Positions 61,469 through 64,000 of a DNA stretch of 64,000 nucleotides are shown here, piece after piece. A model generated the notes under the pieces. It ran no database searches. It was not told where the DNA came from and saw nothing but the letters and a program-made list of their open reading frames with translations. Each line of letters begins with the position of its first letter. Within the stretch, counting starts at the first letter, position 1. The translations under genes were made by a program, and so were the position numbers. The DNA lies in assembly GCA_963737655.1 (NCBI GenBank), contig CAVTTN010000002.1, positions 5,664,001 to 5,728,000 of the forward strand, written 5' to 3'. The DNA comes from an uncultured Planctomycetota bacterium (GTDB taxonomy: Bacteria; Planctomycetota; Planctomycetia; Isosphaerales; Isosphaeraceae).

Positions 61469-61501
61469 ACTCCGAGGGGTTTTCGGCGAAACCGCTCGCG
61501 A

Positions 61502-63331
61502 TCACTTCTCCTCGGCCAGCCAGCTCTTGGCCGTCCGGTAGGAGGAGGAGGCGTAGTACTTCGTCACGATTTCGCGGGCCCTGGCGAACCCGTCGGGCCG
61601 CCGGCCCTGGTTGAAGGCGGCGAGGGCCTCGTTGATGAGCTTCTGGGCCGGGGCGTCCTGCTCCTTGCGGAGCTTGCCGAAGGCCGCCATCAGGCCCTTC
61701 GCGGCGTCGGCGCCTCCGTAGTCGCTGCGGAACGCGAGGAACTCGTCGATCCAGGAGCCGTCGGCGTTCTTCTCGACCTTCGCCAGCAGCGCCCTGGCCT
61801 TCGGGGCGGCCTCGGCGTCGATCTTCCCGGCGATCGCGTCAGCCTTGGCCTTCTCGGCCGGGCCGAGCTTCAAAGACCGGGCGCGATCCAGGGCGGCGAT
61901 CGCGTCTCGCGGCCTCTTCTCCTTCAGGCTCGATTCGGCGAAGGCCAGGAGCTTCGCCGGGTCCTCGCTCGTCAGGGCCTCCAGCCAGAGGATTGCCGAA
62001 TCCACCGGCAGGAGCGCGAACATGTGCCCTGATCGATCATTCGTGAACAGCCGCAACGCCGGCCATCCGGCGTCGTCGAACGACTTGTCGGCGTCGTCGC
62101 TCATCGAGAACGACACGACCGGGTCGTTCTTGGCGTGGACGATCGCCAACGGGACGCGCCTCTGGGCCTCCTTCAACGCCTCGTCGGCGAACACCGAGGG
62201 CTCGGCCTGCATGATCAGCCCGCAGGAGATCGGGAACGCCCCGGCGATCGCCTCGGGCGAATTCATGAGGAGGCTGTACGTCAGGAACCCGCCCTGAGAA
62301 TGCCCTCCGACGAAGTACGACTTGATCGGATACGCCTTCTTGAGTTCGTTCATCGCTTCCAGGACCAGCGCCGGGCTCTCGCGGTCGGTCCCGGGGAAGC
62401 CCCGGTAGGTGCTCTTCCCCATGAAGTTCACGTAGGTGTAATTGAACGCCGTGGCGTCCTTCGCGATGTTCGAGGCGGACTCGCCGTTGATCCCCAGGAG
62501 GATGTATCGCCTGGCGATCTCGGGCCAGGCCTGGGCGATCGTGTTCACGTAGGCCAGCCCGTTCATGTTCGAGCCGTGGAGGATCACGATCGCCGGCCAT
62601 TTCCTGCCGTCGCCGGGCCTGTAGCCCTCGGGGGCGCGGACGGTGTAGGTCAGGAGGTTGGAGGTCGAGCCGTCCACGAGCTTGCCGGCGACCGGGGGGG
62701 CGAGCCTGGCGTATTCGGGGGCCTTGCGGCCCTTCCAGGGGGACCACGAGCCGGGGCCGTCGGGGCCGCTGGCCCCGGAGATCGCCTCGCCGGACTTGTC
62801 CAGGTCGAACCAGCCGGGGCCGGGCCGGGCGGTCAGGTAGCGGAAATCCAGGTGCCGGCCCTTCGCCGTGCCCTCGATCCCGGTCGTCCCCCGGATCGCG
62901 TACCGGCCCTTGACCTTGTCGCCGTCCTGGGAGAGCTCCATCAGGCCGTTGTCCGTGAGCCAGAGGCCGGAGAAATCGGCGAGCTTGCCCTCGGAGGCCG
63001 CCGGGTCGGGCCTCCAGCCGTTCCAGAACCCCCGACGCCCCCCCCGGATCTGGAACGTCCCGCCGTAGGACGCGCCCGAGGGGTCGAGGGTGAAGGTGGC
63101 GTCCCCCTTCACCTGCCCCTCGTCGTATTCCATCTTGAGCACATTGTCGGTGACTTTCCCCTTGATGGGGAACTGGCCGTTCACGCCGAACGAGCCGGTC
63201 ACGGCGTCGCCGTCCTGCTTCAGCGAGACGGTCCCGAACGTGGTCTTCCACGACCCGGCGAACGAGGCGGGCTGGGAGGCCTGGGCCGGGCCCGCGGCGA
63301 TCGTCAGGAGGAGGGCGAGGGACGGAGTCAT
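61502..63331 (-). CDS. secreted esterase (alpha/beta hydrolase) with two N-terminal beta domains
   Basis: Signal peptide, FAGSW.T.FG / FSGLW.T.NG repeats, PAIVILHG, GHSQGG, H..ND, GH. Confidence 0.8.
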   Translation of the reverse strand: MTPSLALLLTIAAGPAQASQPASFAGSWKTTFGTVSLKQDGDAVTGSFGVNGQFPIKGKVTDNVLKMEYDEGQVKGDATFTLDPSGASYGGTFQIRGGRRGFWNGWRPDPAASEGKLADFSGLWLTDNGLMELSQDGDKVKGRYAIRGTTGIEGTAKGRHLDFRYLTARPGPGWFDLDKSGEAISGASGPDGPGSWSPWKGRKAPEYARLAPPVAGKLVDGSTSNLLTYTVRAPEGYRPGDGRKWPAIVILHGSNMNGLAYVNTIAQAWPEIARRYILLGINGESASNIAKDATAFNYTYVNFMGKSTYRGFPGTDRESPALVLEAMNELKKAYPIKSYFVGGHSQGGFLTYSLLMNSPEAIAGAFPISCGLIMQAEPSVFADEALKEAQRRVPLAIVHAKNDPVVSFSMSDDADKSFDDAGWPALRLFTNDRSGHMFALLPVDSAILWLEALTSEDPAKLLAFAESSLKEKRPRDAIAALDRARSLKLGPAEKAKADAIAGKIDAEAAPKARALLAKVEKNADGSWIDEFLAFRSDYGGADAAKGLMAAFGKLRKEQDAPAQKLINEALAAFNQGRRPDGFARAREIVTKYYASSSYRTAKSWLAEEK

Positions 63332-63443
63332 CGGGAAATCCCTGCATGAACCCATGATCGCCCCGCCCCGAGGGCGAGGTCGGTCATGCAGGGTAATCGG
63401 GCGGCCGTGGGGCCCGCAAACGAATTCCTTCGCCGATCGCGAA

Positions 63444-64000
63444 TCAGGCCCGGGGGCGGCCGATTCGCCTCCTGGTCGCGGCGGCCGCGGCGATCAGGGC
63501 GAAGACCGCGACCGAGGCGGGCTCGGGGACCGTGGATGCCACGACCGGCGGAGGCGTCGAGGGGCCGGGGTCGGTCGAGGGGCTCGGGTCGATCGTCGGC
63601 ACGCCCAGGCCGGTCGGCGACAGCAGGACCTCGTGGATCAAATAACTCGGATCGCTGGCGAACCGGCCATACGCCGCGATCTGCCCCGAGGCGTTGATGC
63701 CGGTGGCCGAGACCAGGGTGAATCCGGGGATCGGCGCGATCAGGGAGTTCAGGTCGGCGAGGCCCTTGCCGTCGGAGAGGAAGGCGTGGAACGAGCCGGA
63801 GGCCGTCTGCCCCTCGCCGACGATCGTCCCCTGGTCGTTGATGGCGAAGGCGGAGGTCTCGGCCCCTCCGAAGGAGCCGAGATCGACCATCCGGCCCGAG
63901 GAATCGGTGGCGTAGGCGTGGACGGAGCCGGTCGAGACCGGGCCGGACTGCGCCGACGACCCGCCCGGCGTCGTTGACGCCCCAGGCCGCGCTGAAGGCC
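63444..64000 (-). CDS. HAF-repeat extracellular protein with PEP-CTERM sorting signal (5' part outside the window)
   Basis: MVDLGS.GG..SAFAIND.G.IVG...HAFL, DLNSL, VPEPAS + TM + RRR. Confidence 0.85.
   Translation of the reverse strand, partial: PSARPGASTTPGGSSAQSGPVSTGSVHAYATDSSGRMVDLGSFGGAETSAFAINDQGTIVGEGQTASGSFHAFLSDGKGLADLNSLIAPIPGFTLVSATGINASGQIAAYGRFASDPSYLIHEVLLSPTGLGVPTIDPSPSTDPGPSTPPPVVASTVPEPASVAVFALIAAAAATRRRIGRPRA

Overview
High-GC bacterial chromosomal segment, most likely a planctomycete (Isosphaeraceae-like). This is inferred from DUF4058, multiple Uma2 genes, DUF1573, an LEDR-type planctomycete export motif and a PEP-CTERM protein. Core genes are eno, dxs, ispA, tilS, nadK and a DisA_N/DAC diadenylate cyclase. 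Also present are the tail of a vWA/BatA - DUF4175-like - prenyltransferase-repeat operon, a GntR(YtrA)-ABC operon with its operator, a TipA-type MerR regulator with a 19-bp-spacer promoter, envelope glycosyltransferases, an AsmA-like protein and several hydrolases. Many small toxin-antitoxin or nuclease cassettes are interspersed (HicAB, two PIN pairs, DUF433, a DUF6932 pair, Uma2, DUF4058, orphan Imm1). Most unusual: (1) a stand-alone, divergent ribosomal protein S11 paralogue with a replaced C-terminal tail, directly upstream of an NDT/TIR-like gene; (2) at least five palindromic repeat families with compensatory variation, including a 147-bp MITE inserted into a REP loop (the empty allele is in the window) and a nested repeat-in-repeat insertion; (3) two convergent Uma2 N-termini fused by a deletion. 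About a dozen single-base frameshifts, several in homopolymers and in essential genes, look like sequencing errors. No rRNA, tRNA, CRISPR array or transposase was seen. All family calls are from motif recognition by eye, not database searches.
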